Shown here: positions 1-23,030 of the stretch, piece by piece
Layout of the letters: the number at the start of each line of letters is the position of its first letter
How positions within the stretch are numbered: the stretch's first letter is position 1
Source: the human T2T-CHM13v2.0 reference genome, Homo sapiens
Assembly: GCF_009914755.1 (NCBI RefSeq)
Contig: NC_060941.1
Reading direction: 5' to 3' (one strand)
Length of the DNA stretch: 64,000 bases
Program-made: the position numbers and the translations under genes
Notes under the pieces: model-generated
Seen by the model: the letters and a program-made list of their open reading frames with translations, nothing else
What the model was told of the DNA's origin: nothing
The model's database searches: none

Positions 1-796
1 AGGGACCTCAACAGCACACGCCAGTGAGTCAGTCATCAGATTATAGTAGCCTGGGAATGGGGTGAATACAGGCTTGAAGTGGACTAGTATCTATTTCCAA
101 GGAGGCCCAATCTATTGGGTAAGCCATTGCAGCAAGTGTTTCTAGCTAACAAGATGGTCAGAGTCAGGCAGGGGGGCCTTGCTGTGATTCTGGGTTGACC
201 TTGTTTGGAGCTAGATGACTATAGCCAGCATCTAGGAGAGAAAACTGGTTCAAGTCACTAGGCTTGGAAATGTCATCTTGCCAGACCCTCTTATGGTCTT
301 GACTAACTGGGCTGGGTTTATTACCAGTAGAGGAACAGACAACTACATCAGGGCAGAAGCCCAGGCACATGGACATGGAAAAACATATGCATCACTGAGG
401 AAGAGCCTAGAGCTTGATGTACACACAGATGCTTGAGGTTCACCCTGGTCCATTGGATACTGGGTCTAAAATATGTTTTCACATTGGTAATTCTAGGCCT
501 TATCTGCTCCTGGGGGCAGAGGTCCCACCAAATGGTGCCTGCATGGGTCCATACTGACTGTACTTGAGAGAGGCTAAGGGTCCTATAAGACTGGAGAAAG
601 AGGGTTGATGGAAATAGATTAGCCTTGATTGCCTGGAGAATGCCAGCTGGTTTTCAGCCCCCAATACTTTGGAGCAGAATTAGTTAACTTTGAGTGATGG
701 GTGGATCTTTCTTTTCTTCTAATTTAACTTTCTGTTCATGTTTAGCTTACATACAGTATTGGGTCATTTTTTGCATAACTTTTTTTTATTTCTAAC

Positions 797-1000
797 AGAC
801 TTTATTTTTTAGAGCAGTTTTAAGTTCACAGCAAAATTGAGCAGAAGTTATAGCCCTTGCCCCACGCATGCACAGCCTCTCTGGTTATCAGCATCCCCAA
901 CCCAAATGGTACATTTGTTACACTTGATTAGCCCACATTGATTGACACATAGTTATCACCTGGAATCCATAATTTACATTAGGCATTAGGGTTCACTCAG
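797..1000 (-). mobile_element. Old L1M (L1MB/MC-type) 3' end
   Basis: tttagagcagttttaagttcacagcaaaattgagcagaa ... tggtacatttgttaca. Confidence 0.7.
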
Positions 1001-2319
1001 TGTTTTTTTTGTTTTGTTTTGTTTTGTTTGAGATAGAGTCTCGCTCTGTCACCCAGGCTGGAGTGCAGTGGCACGATCTTGGCTCACTGCAACCTCTATC
1101 TCCCGGGTTCAACCAATTCTCTGCCTCAGCCTCCTGAGTAGCTGGGATTACAGATGCCTGCCACTACGCCTGGCTAATTTTTGTAGTTTTAGTAGAGATG
1201 GGGTTTCACTATCTTGGCCAGGCTGGTCTTGAACTCCTGACCTTGTGATCCACCCACCTCGGCCTCCCAAGGTGCTGGGATTACAGGCATGAGCCACCAT
1301 GCCTGGCTCACTAGGTGTTTTTAAAAGGAAAAAAAATCTCACTTACTTTGAGAAGACTCTTGTGCTTTCACATGTATAAATATAAGCACTAAAATCACAT
1401 GAACATACATTCATTTGAAGTTTTCAAGGAAATAATCATGAAATGTTTCAGATTATTATTTAAGTAAAAAATTTTTCTAGGAATGCATGGACCCCTGAGA
1501 ATTTAGCCACAGACTCTCAGGGATTTGTGGACCTCAATTGGAAAACATTGCTGTAGAACAGTAGTTCATTTTGAACTCATTTTTGCAAGCTAAATTTTGA
1601 CATGTTTTAGATGCTAATTCTAGGAATGTTCTCCCTTTTCTAAGAAAAGTCCAAGCATTTTTTACCTGCTCTAAAAGAATATCAACGGCTTTTATGTTTC
1701 AGAGACTGGATGCAAGAGATTGTTTAACAAATCCCATCCCATCCCTGAGAATGTGTCTAGGCATTTGCTCTTTGCAAAGCCAGATGCAACATTCATAATA
1801 ACTAAGGCTATCTTCTGGCCAGCACTGCAAGTGTATCTTTTGTCTACATTCTTAAGTAACCACATCAAATAGCATCAACCCACTTGGAAATAATTTTGAA
1901 GTGATTTGGATCTCTCTTGTATATTTTCCCTATAAATCCCTAGCCTGGTAGGCGTGTATATTTTCTGCTGCAATATTTAATGCTTAGTTCCTTGCCTACA
2001 TCTAAGAAATATTAATTTTAGAAGGAATTGGATACTGATATTGGCAAATTTTTATGAGACTGGCTAAAGGAGAAAGAAGAAGGGGACCTGTGATAGAATC
2101 TTCCATGACAAGGGGGAAATACTGGCCTCAGTCTCCTGCAGAAGCAGGAGCTCTGGTACACAGGTGGGGTGCCCACTGGTACAGCTCCCATCTGACATGA
2201 AGCAGGCAAGCCAAAGGGGAGCAAGAGCAATGCAACCTGTAAGACCCATCCTCAGACATTCTGCTATTGCCCCCAGACAATGGAAGGGGGGCGACAGCTG
2301 TCCATGGGGGCACTGCTAA

Positions 2320-2394
2320 GAGGGTGTTGATCAGCAGATCAGGACTGTAACTCACCATAGTGGTGGACTGCCCTGATCTGGAGACCACTGCCTT
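2320..2394 (+). ncRNA. MIR1288: MIR1288 precursor hairpin (5p 2334-2356; 3p TGGACTGCCCTGATCTGGAGA 2364-2384), intronic to PIGL
   Basis: Matches the recalled mir-1288 sequence; CAGATCAGG pairs with CCTGATCTG. Confidence 0.9.
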
Positions 2395-3251
2395 TCGAGA
2401 ATAATTCACCCTACAGAAGCTATCTGAGCATCACCAGACAGGGTCTTCCTGGGAATTAGCACATATCCCAAATTTCCTTCAGCTTTGCCTGCCCACAGTC
2501 CCCTGAAAGCCCTCCCTTTTTCTGGGTGTGAGAGGAATGGCTGGGCATCCCTTGGCTTATCCTCCTTCTTGCCCACCATAGCCAGCATCTCAGAGTGAAC
2601 ATGCACGAGGGAGGTAGAAAGACTCCATATCCTTGTTCTTTACAACTTAGAAAAGCCTAAGTTATAGGAGAGAGATAGCACAATGGAATGCTGAATTAGA
2701 GGTAAATAATTGGTCTGTTTTTTTTTCACCAGTCTAGTTACTACTATTATGTAAAATATCTAATTTTACATACCCTAAACACCCATACCCAAACACCTTG
2801 ACAAAGGAATCATTTTACCTCCCAAACATAGTCAGTGTTGATTTCACAAAATATCCCTAGAATTACTCTTTCTGAGGCTAACAGGACTACTTAGATGGTT
2901 CCTAAAGTCCCTTCTAACTCCTGCATTCTCTGGTTAATGAATCAGCATTAGTCATGTGGAAGGAAGGTATCCTCCTCAAACTCTTTTTAAGAATGATCTC
3001 AAGGAATCCAGAGTGCTCATTAAGTTGGTGAAAGAGTCAGTGCAGAATGCAGCTCATACATATATCCTGATGTGATGTTGGCACCTCTCAAGAAGCTGGG
3101 AAAGATGTCCAGGCTGGTCATAGGACTCAGCCCCTATTATGGGTCCAGCAGCCAGTAATAGTAAGCAATGTCTACTTCAAAAGATATCTCTGGCCAGGTG
3201 CAGTGGCTCAATCCCAGCACTTTGGGAAGCTGAAGCGGGAGCATCACTTGA

Positions 3252-3544
<293 letters not shown>

Positions 3545-3622
3545 TGATCTGCCAGTCTCAGCCTCCCAAAGTGCTGGGATTACAGGCGTGAGCCACTGTG
3601 CCTGGCCAAAACAATTGTTTTA

Positions 3623-3808
<186 letters not shown>

Positions 3809-4236
3809 TCAAGACTCACTGCTCTTAGAAGAGGTGTTAATCTGGCCAGGTGCCGTGGCTCACACCTGTAATCTGAGCACTTTGGGAGGGTGAGGTGGGA
3901 GGATCATCTGAGACCTGGAGTTCAAGGTCAGCCTAAGCAACAGACTGAGACCCTGTCTCTTAAAAAAAATAAGAGAGAGATGTTAATCTATATTAAACAA
4001 TTGAATAGTGTGAAGATTTTGTAAAACTTTTTAAATCACCGATTATACAAAAGCTCTTATTGAATTATTAAGGAGTTAGCAATTACTATTAATGCTGTTG
4101 AATATGAGTAAGAACCCACTTAACTTCAATCAGAATCCATCGATCAAGCTTAAAGCCTTATCTCATAGTTCCCTTCCTGGTCTGTCAGCATTGCCTCATA
4201 GAGAGGGAAATACATCCCGCATCTGCCTCATCATGA

Positions 4237-4407
<171 letters not shown>

Positions 4408-4679
4408 TAGCCGGGATTACAGGCGCCCGCCACCACACCCAGGTAATTTTTTGCATTTTTAGTAGAGACGTAGTCTCACCATGTTGGCCAGGCTGGTCTT
4501 GAACTCCTGACCTCAGGTGATCTACCCGCCTTGGCCTCCCAAAGTGCTGGGATTACAGGCATCAGCCACTGCGCCTAGCCCGAAAGTTGCTTTTATAAAC
4601 AGGTTCAAGGCCGGGAAATCCATTCTCCTCCACCTCCCAAAGTGCTGGGATTACAGATGTGAGCCACCGCACCCAGCCA

Positions 4680-5265
4680 GTTCATAGTTTAAAACAAAGA
4701 TGATAGCAGCCCCTTCTCAAAACAAATCTCCTTCTTGCCTGGGGACTAGACTGCCTTTGTAGGACTAACGAATTAGGCACAAAATTAAACATTATATTTT
4801 AGGAGTCATGCAGCTGGGGGCTACAAGATTCTGACCCTCCCTAAACTGCTCCTAAGATCAGTGCTTGAGATATTTTGCAGGCCTGCACTTGATGGATCAG
4901 CTGACACCACCCAGATCAATTAACTGGCTCATCTGATCTTGTGGCCCCCACCCAGGAACTGACTTAGCACACGAGGACAGCTTCAATTCCCTATGATTTC
5001 ATCTCCTACTTAACCAATCAGCACTCCTCACTAACTGGCTTCCCCCAACCTACCAAGTTGTCCTTAAAAACTCTGATTCCAGAATGCTACGGGAGACTGA
5101 TTTGAGTAATAATAATACTCCGGTCTCCATTACAGCTGGCTCTGCATGAATTAATTACAGCCGGCTCTGCATGAATTAATTACTCTTTCTCTATTGCAAT
5201 TCCCGTGTATTGATAAATCGACTCTGTCTAGGCAGCAGGCAAGGTGAACCCACTGGGTGGTTACA
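4680..5265 (+). mobile_element. 5'-truncated solo LTR, LTR8-like (ERV1), with an internal 25-bp tandem duplication at 5129-5178
   Basis: ggggactagactgcctttgtaggactaac ... ggcaaggtgaacccactgggtggttaca terminus. Confidence 0.8.
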
Positions 5266-6099
5266 ACATTAGATAGCAAATTGGCAATTAAAGAATATAT
5301 CTGTAGAGACAGGATCTTACTAATGTTGCCCAGCTGGTCTTAAACTCCTGGCCTCAAGCAGCCCTCCCACCACCTCAGCCTCCCAAAAGGCTGAGATTAC
5401 AGGGGTGAGACACCACACCTGGCCAAATTGGCAATTTTTGAAGAAAGATTTCTCACAAGGACTTTGCAAGCTTTATGTACTTTATTTGTTGCAATAATAT
5501 GAAATGCATCTTTCTGGGAAGGAGAACACAGGTAACTGATTTCAGTGTAATACCTAGCACTCATGCCTTGCTAATCCTTTTTATATCCTATGAGAAAGGA
5601 AAAATCCAGGCCGGGCGCGGTGGCTCAAGCCTGTAATCCCAGCACTTTGGGAGGCCAAGGCAGGTGGATCACGAGGTCAGGAGTTCAAGACCAGCCTGGC
5701 CAAGATGGTGAAACCCCATTTCTACTAAAACTACAAAAATTAGCCAGGCGCGGTGGCAGGTGCCTGTAATCCCAGCTACTGGGGATGCTGAAGCAGGAGA
5801 ATCACCTGAACCCGGGCGGCAGAGGTTGCGCCACTGCTCTCCAGCCTGGGCGACAGAGTGAGGCTCTGTCTCCAAAAAAAAAAAAATCCATTTTATGGTT
5901 AGATTTGGGGGCTTCAAGCCGTATGTGGAAAAGGCTCTCTTAGGGCATTTGGTCTGTCTGGGCTCCTAAGCTGCTTAGAAATGAGGTCCTTATCACAGCA
6001 GATACTTAATAAAAGTGCACTGATCTTTATATACCTCTTTTTTCAGTCCTTTTTCTTTTTCTCAGATCGCCTTTTCCTTCTCTTACTTATCTTTTCCCC

Positions 6100-7600
6100 T
6101 ATTTCTTTTCTCTGCGTATGGCTTAGGTTAGTCCTTGGCGGTGCAGAGACACCCCCCAGAAGTTGTTGGACCCTGCTGCAACCTCCCTGCAGCTTAGACT
6201 TCATTTCTTCACACTCCTGTATTTGGAGCAGCGACGCTAGTGCCAGGCCCTCAGACCAGGAGACAGTTGCTGCCTCCCACAGTGGCCCTTGGGGGGCGAT
6301 ATTGGCAGTCCCAGGTTAGGCTTCCACGTCCTTGGCTAGCCTTAAGGTTAGCTCTGAACTCTACTGACCTTTGCTCGCTTTGGATGACAAAGGAAATGAT
6401 CGAGTTTAGAGATGGGCCAGAGGTGGGTGGAGGGGTGGCTGAACCTTCCGGCTTGCGCTGTACAAGCCACAAGACCAAATAAGGGCGTGTGAGCCGCCTC
6501 CGTCTGTATTAAAGTTCAGAGTGCAGTGTGCAAAAGTGGGACTCGGTTTTCAGAGATAAGCTGTTACCCAACCCTGCTTGAGTTCCAGCAGCGGAGGCTG
6601 CGAAGTCTCCTGCTCTGAGCAGGGCTGGGTCTGGGGGAGAAAGACCTGGGCCCCTGGGCTTGCTTAGCTGGGGAGAGGAAAGAAGGGGGGCTTCCCTCAC
6701 CAGCACCTGGTGACTGAACGGACCCACAACCCCACAGATTTTCACAAAGGGTTTCCATGACTCTCCCGACTAAAATGTGCCGGCCAGTGTGACTCATTAG
6801 AATGTGTAGGAAAGGTCACTGTTTGAGGATATTCAGCCAGTGGGGGAAAAAACCACAACGTTATTTTAATGAACGCTTTTAGCCTGGCTTGTTTCCTGAA
6901 CATTAAGGTCTAGGGCGGGACTTCGAGTTTGGGGCCTTTTCCAGAGGTATTAACACTGTGTTTGCTAAATACACCCCAGGGAAGGAGTCGTCGGGCTTCT
7001 ACGAGTCACACTTAAAAGACTGGCAAGAGTTGGCTTCTTCTGTTGTGTTCTTAGCTTCCAAAATAGTAGTCTCTCCTCAGAGCCAGACGCGCAATGCCAT
7101 CATGTTAATGAGGTGCCTCATGTGCTTCAATAGCCACTGACTGATGGTACCCCGAACCTGCCTGGATTCCTCACCTCTTCCCCTGCCCATCTCTCCTTCC
7201 CGCAGCAAACTGCTCATCCTGCAGCAGTCCGAACCTCTGCCTCATTGGCCCTAAGCTTCCTAAGGGAAGGGACCATGACTTGTATTCATGTTTATATCCC
7301 TAAAACTCAGCCCTCTGTTTGGCACATAGTGTGTGCTTAGTCCAGATCACTTAAATGTACAATGATTTCATTCTCTCGGAGCCCCGCTCTGGTGGTGTGG
7401 GTCCCTGGGGACCCCTCCAGATGCCTTTCTCCAGCCATGGCTGCGCAGGCACCGAGAAGCCGCAGGCTGGTTCCAGCTCACAGCCTCTCGCCTCAGGCCC
7501 ACACTGCTCCTCCTGCTGTCTGCCCCAGGGCTTGCGATTGCCCGGGGGTCCCCAAGCGGGCTCAACTCTGAAAGATTAGAGAGCTAACAGCCTATGGAGA
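6100..7600. promoter_or_regulatory. Candidate intronic enhancer or promoter-like region
   Basis: Alu-free and CpG-retaining; AGATAAG 6554-6560, TGACTCA 6790-6796, AACCACA 6851-6857, GGGCGGG 6913-6919. Confidence 0.4.
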
Positions 7601-8489
7601 TAAATACTTCCTTCTTTATCTTCCTGGGAAGATGGACAGTTGTAAGATGATTTTCTTACAACTTTCAGACAGTCCTGTGGGAACACACAGCCAGTGCCCA
7701 TAAGTAGGGCCACATCAGTAGAGCATCCCTGCTTCCCTGCCTTCTCCATCTGTCAGTGGCTTCTGCTCCTGGGGTCACAGTCCCCAATAAAGTACACACT
7801 AAGCCTTCTTCCTAGGGGAGCTGAGACTCGAATACATTCAGAGCCCTTTAAGAAGTTCTCTCACAGACTTATTTTTGTTTTCAAAATTCAATTCCTCTAA
7901 ATATATTTCTGTTCCTCTTTCGTCTAAGTCTCATTCTTTTTGACTGAGAAGTCAGAAGCAAAATTAAAGTTTAGTGACTAGGGTTTTTTTGTCCTGTTAT
8001 ACGTTGACATTCCTTACCGTGGGTGTATCTGTGCTTTCTTTGCTCTTACTCTGAACATGCCCAAAAAAACTCTTGTGTTATCTTTAGCATATTTCATAAG
8101 CCACAATTCAGGAAGTTAGAGAAATTGCTCCCTGGTGCAGAGCAACAGAACTGCCGACCTCTTTCCACTCCAATTGCGGTGAAAGTGATATCTCTCTGCC
8201 TGAGCTGACGTTGGCCTTTAGGCTTCTCTAATTATTTCCTTAGGTTAGATTTCTAGAAACACAGGGTCAAAGGGCACAGATATTCACATATAGGCAAGTT
8301 ACCTTCTTCTTGAGATGTAGCAATTTAAACTCATAACAGCAGTACATAACAGTGCCCCTTTCTCTGTGTCTTTCTCCAACACAGACATCTTGCTTTAATT
8401 TTGCATTTATTTGATTCTTTCTGAGAAGCAGAAGGAATATATGTTGGCCGTTTGCATTTCTTCTTTTCTAAATTACCTGTTTTCTTTCC

Positions 8490-13873
<5,384 letters not shown>

Positions 13874-15447
13874 TTACATGCATCAGCCCCCAGTGGCTGG
13901 TATAATTCCCTTTGGTTCATCCAAATATAGAGTACTTCTGTCAAGCAACTAGTGCTTGTTAAACCCCCTAACACACTTCCTTGCATAGAGTAGAAGCACA
14001 ATTACTTATTGTTTATTTATTTTAAAAAATTGTTCATTGACTTGAGTTGTACCATGTACCACCTAAGAAATAGAAGAATAAGGCACAGGCCTAGTCTTAT
14101 ATTTTAAGTTTAGCTAAAGAGACACACAAAACAACAGAAAATAATAGAATACTATTCAAATCAGGTACGAAGTGGGGTAGTCTAAGCTATAGTTGGTAGA
14201 GGAGTTCAGTGAAGGTTTCTAAATACAAGGAAGGTGTGTAGTAAAGAATTTGGCCTTGTCCAATGAGAGATCTGGTCTCTCATTGGCTTTTGGGAGGTTA
14301 TCTGTGTCATACCTGATAGCAGTGTCTTTGCTCTGTGAGGGAAGCTCACTTGGAGAAAGGCTCACAGGAACAGGTGTTGCTCCACGCCTTTCTTTTAGTG
14401 GCTCCACCCCCTGATAGTGGGTGAGATCAATCATTTGCTTATGACACAGTCCTAGACTTAAGAGTTGGAAGGACTCTCAGGCAGTCATCAGGTGCATCCC
14501 AGAATTATTTTATCTTTACTGATGATGCAGCTCCTGCCAGGTCACATGGAAAGCAGGGGAGCTAGAACTCGGGTTCTGTGTCATCCTACCCCATGTTCTC
14601 TCTGCCACATCACATTGCCTGCTCGTGACACTGGACCACTGTAATCATGGACGGTACTCTGTCCCTGAGCTTCTGGGGTGAAACTGGCTATTAACCCTTG
14701 CCATGTCTCCCTTCCCTGAGCCTTGAATCCTGCTTGCCCTGTGGTGCCCCCATGTCCCCCAGTACGGTTCTCCCCGCTGCCCTCTATAACCAAGCACCTG
14801 GCAGGTTATTGCTTTTCCATAAAGCTGGAAAACTCTTAGACAGTGAGAGGCAGGTGGCCAGACTGCTGCTGTCCTTTGAAGGTTTAGGGCCAAGACTGAG
14901 CAGCAATTGAAAGTATCCATTGAACACCTGCTGTGAGTAAGACATCGCCTCTATCTTAAGCCTTTGCTCTATTCCAATGGAAACTACAGTTTCCAGGCTC
15001 CCATGTCCATTGGCTTCTGGAGGGGTTTGACCAGTAGATGGCAATGATGGATGACTAGGAGGTAGCAGAGGGAAGAACCAGGTATTTCCCCCATCCTCCA
15101 CCCTAAGTGGCATGTCCATCAGCAGGTTGGTGTTTTCCCTGACATCTAGCTAGTTCTCCTGACATCTAGTTCCCACCACTGCTCCCCTTCCATGGCTCTG
15201 CTGTCCCCTATCTTAGAGGTGGTGGTGCCCTTCTGCTGTGGCCAGTCTCTGCGTTGTTTCACTGTTTCCTGTTTGGCCTCTCAGCTCTTCCCATACAGTG
15301 GGTAAACAGGTCTCTATATTAAATTCCTTCTGAAATACCTGGTGGTCTCCATTTTCTTGGTTAGACCTTGACTGATTAATGGCTCATGTAACATCCGTCC
15401 ATCGGGGGACTTATGATAGGTTGGAGAGTCAAGAATTAAATATATGC

Positions 15448-17480
<2,033 letters not shown>

Positions 17481-18145
17481 TTATCAGATGTGTCACATCA
17501 CAGAGCAGATATTTACAGTCCAAAGTCCCTCCCTAAATGATTGGCCTCACCCACAATGACTGGGTGGAGCCACCGAAAGAAAGGCATGGAGCAACACTTC
17601 TTCCTGCATCGCCCCTCAAAAGAGCAGATCCCAGTTCTCTGAAGATAAATGGAAGGCAGCCATGAACTTCCCCCTCTTTGAGGTTTATCTTTCAGCACCT
17701 TAGCACCTCAGAACAACAGAGAATTAGTAGGCTTAGCCTACTATCCTCCTATCCTTTCTCTCGTGTGCTAAAGTTCCATACAATATTACTGGTGTATTCC
17801 CTCTCCAAAATGATGCCTTAATACATTTATGTGAACCTCTCAGCCAGGAGTATGTATGTAGCTATTGTCATTCCAAGACATTTTCTCTGTTCCCATTGTC
17901 CATTTCTCCTTCAGCTGCGTGAGCTCAGGGGCTTATGTTTTACACACTATATTCAGCTCCATTTCCAGGAAACAAAACTGAACTTTGTCCTGATCCCGCT
18001 TTATCCCTTTCTCCTGATCCTGTCCCTCACCTGCTGAGCTGTCTGTCCTGCTCACTGCAGGAGCACTATGAGAACCACGTGGAGTGGCCGACAGGATAGG
18101 GCTTTGAAAAGTACAAAGCTGCCCTCTGTAGAAAACACCCTAAAG

Positions 18146-18441
18146 CAGAGGTTCCCAACCCCCAGGCTGCAGACCAGTACAGGTCCGTGGCCTGTTAGGA
18201 ACCAGGCAGCACAGCAGGAGGTGAGTGACGGGCAAGCAAGCATTACTGCCTGAGCTCTGCCTCCTGTCAGATCAGCAGTGGAATTAGATTCTCATAGGAC
18301 TGCAAACCTTATTTTGAACTCCGCGTGCGAGGGATCTAGGTTGCACGCCCCTATGAGGATCTAATGCCCCCCACCCCTGTCCATGGAAAAACTATCTTCC
18401 ATGAAACTGGTCCCTGGTGCCAGAAAGGTTGGGGACCACTG
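18146..18441 (+). mobile_element. MER1B-like hAT-Charlie MITE
   Basis: TIRs cagaggttcccaacc / ggttggggaccactg; degenerate 8-bp TSD ccctaaag / ccataagg. Confidence 0.88.
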
Positions 18442-19052
18442 CCATAAGGGGTTGGCAGATGAACCAGCTGAAGCAAAGGAAACAATTACATTATTTATTG
18501 CTGAGGCTCATGTTGTTTTTGTGCTGAAAAACCTCCAGTGACTCTCCTTTGCCCAAAGTCCGAAAGGGGGCCAGTTAATGACCTTTGTCCATAGGGAGGT
18601 GATAACAGCCTGCCTGGTAGGGAGCAGAGCCCATGTCCTCTCAGTAGCATTATGGGTGTTGCTGTAGGACCTGACCCAAAGAGAGATAGGTATCAGTTTA
18701 TAAGATTATGAATAATATTTTCAAAAAAGGGGGCCAAGATGAGGCCTTAGTCTCATATCAGGTGACACCATAGATCAAAGCACAGAAAAGAGACAGGAAG
18801 GATTTCAGCAGGTTGGAGAAGGAGATAGGCCTGTGATGTGGCCAGGTGGAGACACAGATAAGTTGAAGTTTATTCTGGTAAAGACCTTTGTACCTGACAT
18901 GCAGCAAGTCCCAGTCCTGATGGAGGGAGGATGTAGCCAGCTCCCTAGTGCTAAAGCATTTTGGCTTTGCAGGCAAAAACCTGCATTCAAAATCTAACTA
19001 TAACAGCCTTGCAAACAAGCTACTTAACTTCATCGGTAAAGGCTCTGTCAAA

Positions 19053-19781
<729 letters not shown>

Positions 19782-20194
19782 ACCTCTGTCAAAAGATGTT
19801 CATGAGGTTAATGAAGTAACATATCTTTGTACTTTTTATTAAAGTACTATTACTAATATTCTCATAAAGTGCATATCATCATGCCTTGTGCTCAAGTTCA
19901 TTTTTAACACATTTGTCTCCCCAACTTGTGGACAGAGCCTTGTCTCATTGATGTTGTTTCTTACCCTCAGCAACAAGCATAAAGCTCCAAAAGTGTGTTG
20001 TGTGGAATTATGCATTAATTTCTAGTTGTTTCATGTTTGTAAATCTCACCTTAACTGAAATCTGCTGAAGCTTAAGGGCAGGGACCCTTACCCCCAATGT
20101 AACTATCATAAAACTGGGCATGCACCTACTGGAGCTTAGGGAGAAGGTTGTGCCTGATTAGAAAAGGTGTTCAAGTTGTGCTTCTCTCTTGTAG

Positions 20195-20285
20195 GGATTT
20201 CCCAGATGACCCAGGCATGCAGTGGGACACAGAGCACGTGGCCAGAGTCCTCCTTCAGCACATAGAAGTGAATGGCATCAATCTG
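20195..20285 (+). CDS. PIGL: PIGL coding exon 3 (91 nt): (R)[30 protein letters not shown]
   Basis: Acceptor cttctctcttgtag| and donor |gtaag; translation matches recalled human PIGL; phase joins exon 4. Confidence 0.97.
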
Positions 20286-20841
20286 GTAAGGGGGCAGCTC
20301 CCTGAATGGAAAACCTGAGGTCTTGGTCCCATTCACACCAGGTGGTTTCTGTAATTTTTTCTGTGGCCACCCTCCCACTTCCAGTCCTTCTCCAGGGCCA
20401 CTCTCTAAGGAGGCCAGAACTTCCAATGCTCACCATTAAACCTACTGAAGAACAAACACACCTTTTGATATCTTTACGATCTTGTGTGAGACTGAATAAC
20501 TAAATTATCAGTGCTCAGATAGAGGCAGAAGTTTTTTCTAAACTGTGTCCTCCTTAACACCCTCAAGCCCCCGCCTTTGTCCTGCCATCTAAAAATTCAG
20601 GTCCCCCAGAGCCTGCCCAGTGATTCTCATTTATACAGAACTTGACCTCACCTTTTACCAAGCATTTTCACAGAGTATCATTTTAACTTTAAAAGTAAAA
20701 TTTGTGACTGGGTGTGGTGGCTCATGCCTGTAATCCCAGCACATCGGGAGGCCGAGTTGGACGGATCACCTGAAGTCAGGAGTTCCAGACCAGCCTGGCC
20801 AGCATGGTGAAACCCCATCTCTATTAAAAATACAAAAATTA

Positions 20842-21009
<168 letters not shown>

Positions 21010-21566
21010 TTATCAGTTTACATTGAAGAAACTGAGGTTTTGCAGAGGCCAAGCAGCTTGTCCAAGGTAAACAAGTGGTGGTGAAGCCAGGATTTTTAAG
21101 CATTGATTTCTTCATTCCAAAAAACATGAGAATGCATTCATACCCACTAAGGAAGAAAATTTTTGATGCAATTAGAGCAATAGCAGAGATTTGTATTTAC
21201 TGCAATGGTGGACAAGCCTAGCAACACCAGTCTCAGCTCTTCTAGGATCAGCAGGACTGCTTAGCCCATAGTCAATTTTAAAGCTGCCAAGGAGGCTTAC
21301 TGTCTACCACTCAAAAAATATATAATAATCCTTCATGAGGTAATATCTAAAATTCCACATTTAAAGCCTCACCATTTGGCTTAAGTTTTGATTAAGTTCT
21401 CATGAAAACATGAATCCTGCTGGCAGAGAAACATATTAGGCTTTTTTTTTTAATTTTTTTTTTTTAAGACACAGGTTCTCCCTCTGTTGCCCAAGCTGGA
21501 GTGCAGTGGCTGCCTCAGCCTCCCAAGTAGCTAGAACTATAGGCACATGCCATCATGTCTGGCTAA

Positions 21567-21699
<133 letters not shown>

Positions 21700-21809
21700 T
21701 AGCTGGGACTACAGACACGTGCCACCACGCCAGGCTAATTTTTGTATTTTTAGTAGAGATGGAGTTTCACCATGTTGATCAGGCTGGTCTCAAACTCCTG
21801 ACCTCGTGA

Positions 21810-22083
<274 letters not shown>

Positions 22084-22820
22084 TAGCCAGGAGTCTCCAT
22101 CTCCTGACCTCATGATCCACCCACCTCGGCCTCCCAAAGTGCTGGGATTACAGGCGTGAGCCACCACGCCCAGCCTAATTTTTTTTTTTTAGAGACAGGA
22201 TCTTGCTGTGTTGGCCAGGCTGGTCACCATCTCCTGGGCTCAAGCTGTCCTCCCTCATTGGCCTCCCAAAGCACTGGGATTACAGATGTGAGCCACTGCA
22301 TCAGGCCCTGAGAGCAGATTTTCATTGATATATTCATTGGACTGTTTCTGTTCTCTAATGACAGAAATACAACTGAAATTTAGTACACACAGGCCAAAAC
22401 AGGCACCTAATTTGCTCACCCTGAGTCACCTAAAAGCTGAGCTGCAGATGGGCCTCAGGTACCCTGACCCTACCACGACTCATCTCCATCTTTCTCTGCA
22501 TGTTGGTTTTATTCCTTTTCCTGGCTGGAAAAATGGTCACCAGCAGCTTGCAGGCCCCACACTCCCTGCCTACCCTTCCCAGAGGATCTGAGCATGAAAG
22601 CGGTAATGTTAGATCCATGGGCTTAGGAATAATGCCTAGCTGTGCTGACTGGGGCTTGCCTTGGTTCTCTTACTCCTCCTCTTCAGCCCACACAGTTTGA
22701 AGTTCTCAGAGCCTCCACAGCCTCGATATGTAGACAGAGCTGAGGTTGGAGGTTGTCATGGCCAGCCTGAAGTACTCCCTGGCACCTCATTTTCCATGCT
22801 AGTGCCTTCCCAGTCCCTAA

Positions 22821-23030
<210 letters not shown>

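Noticed and set aside
17725-17743. Palindrome TAGTAGGCT-T-AGCCTACTA
   Set aside because: Short and plausible by chance in 64 kb
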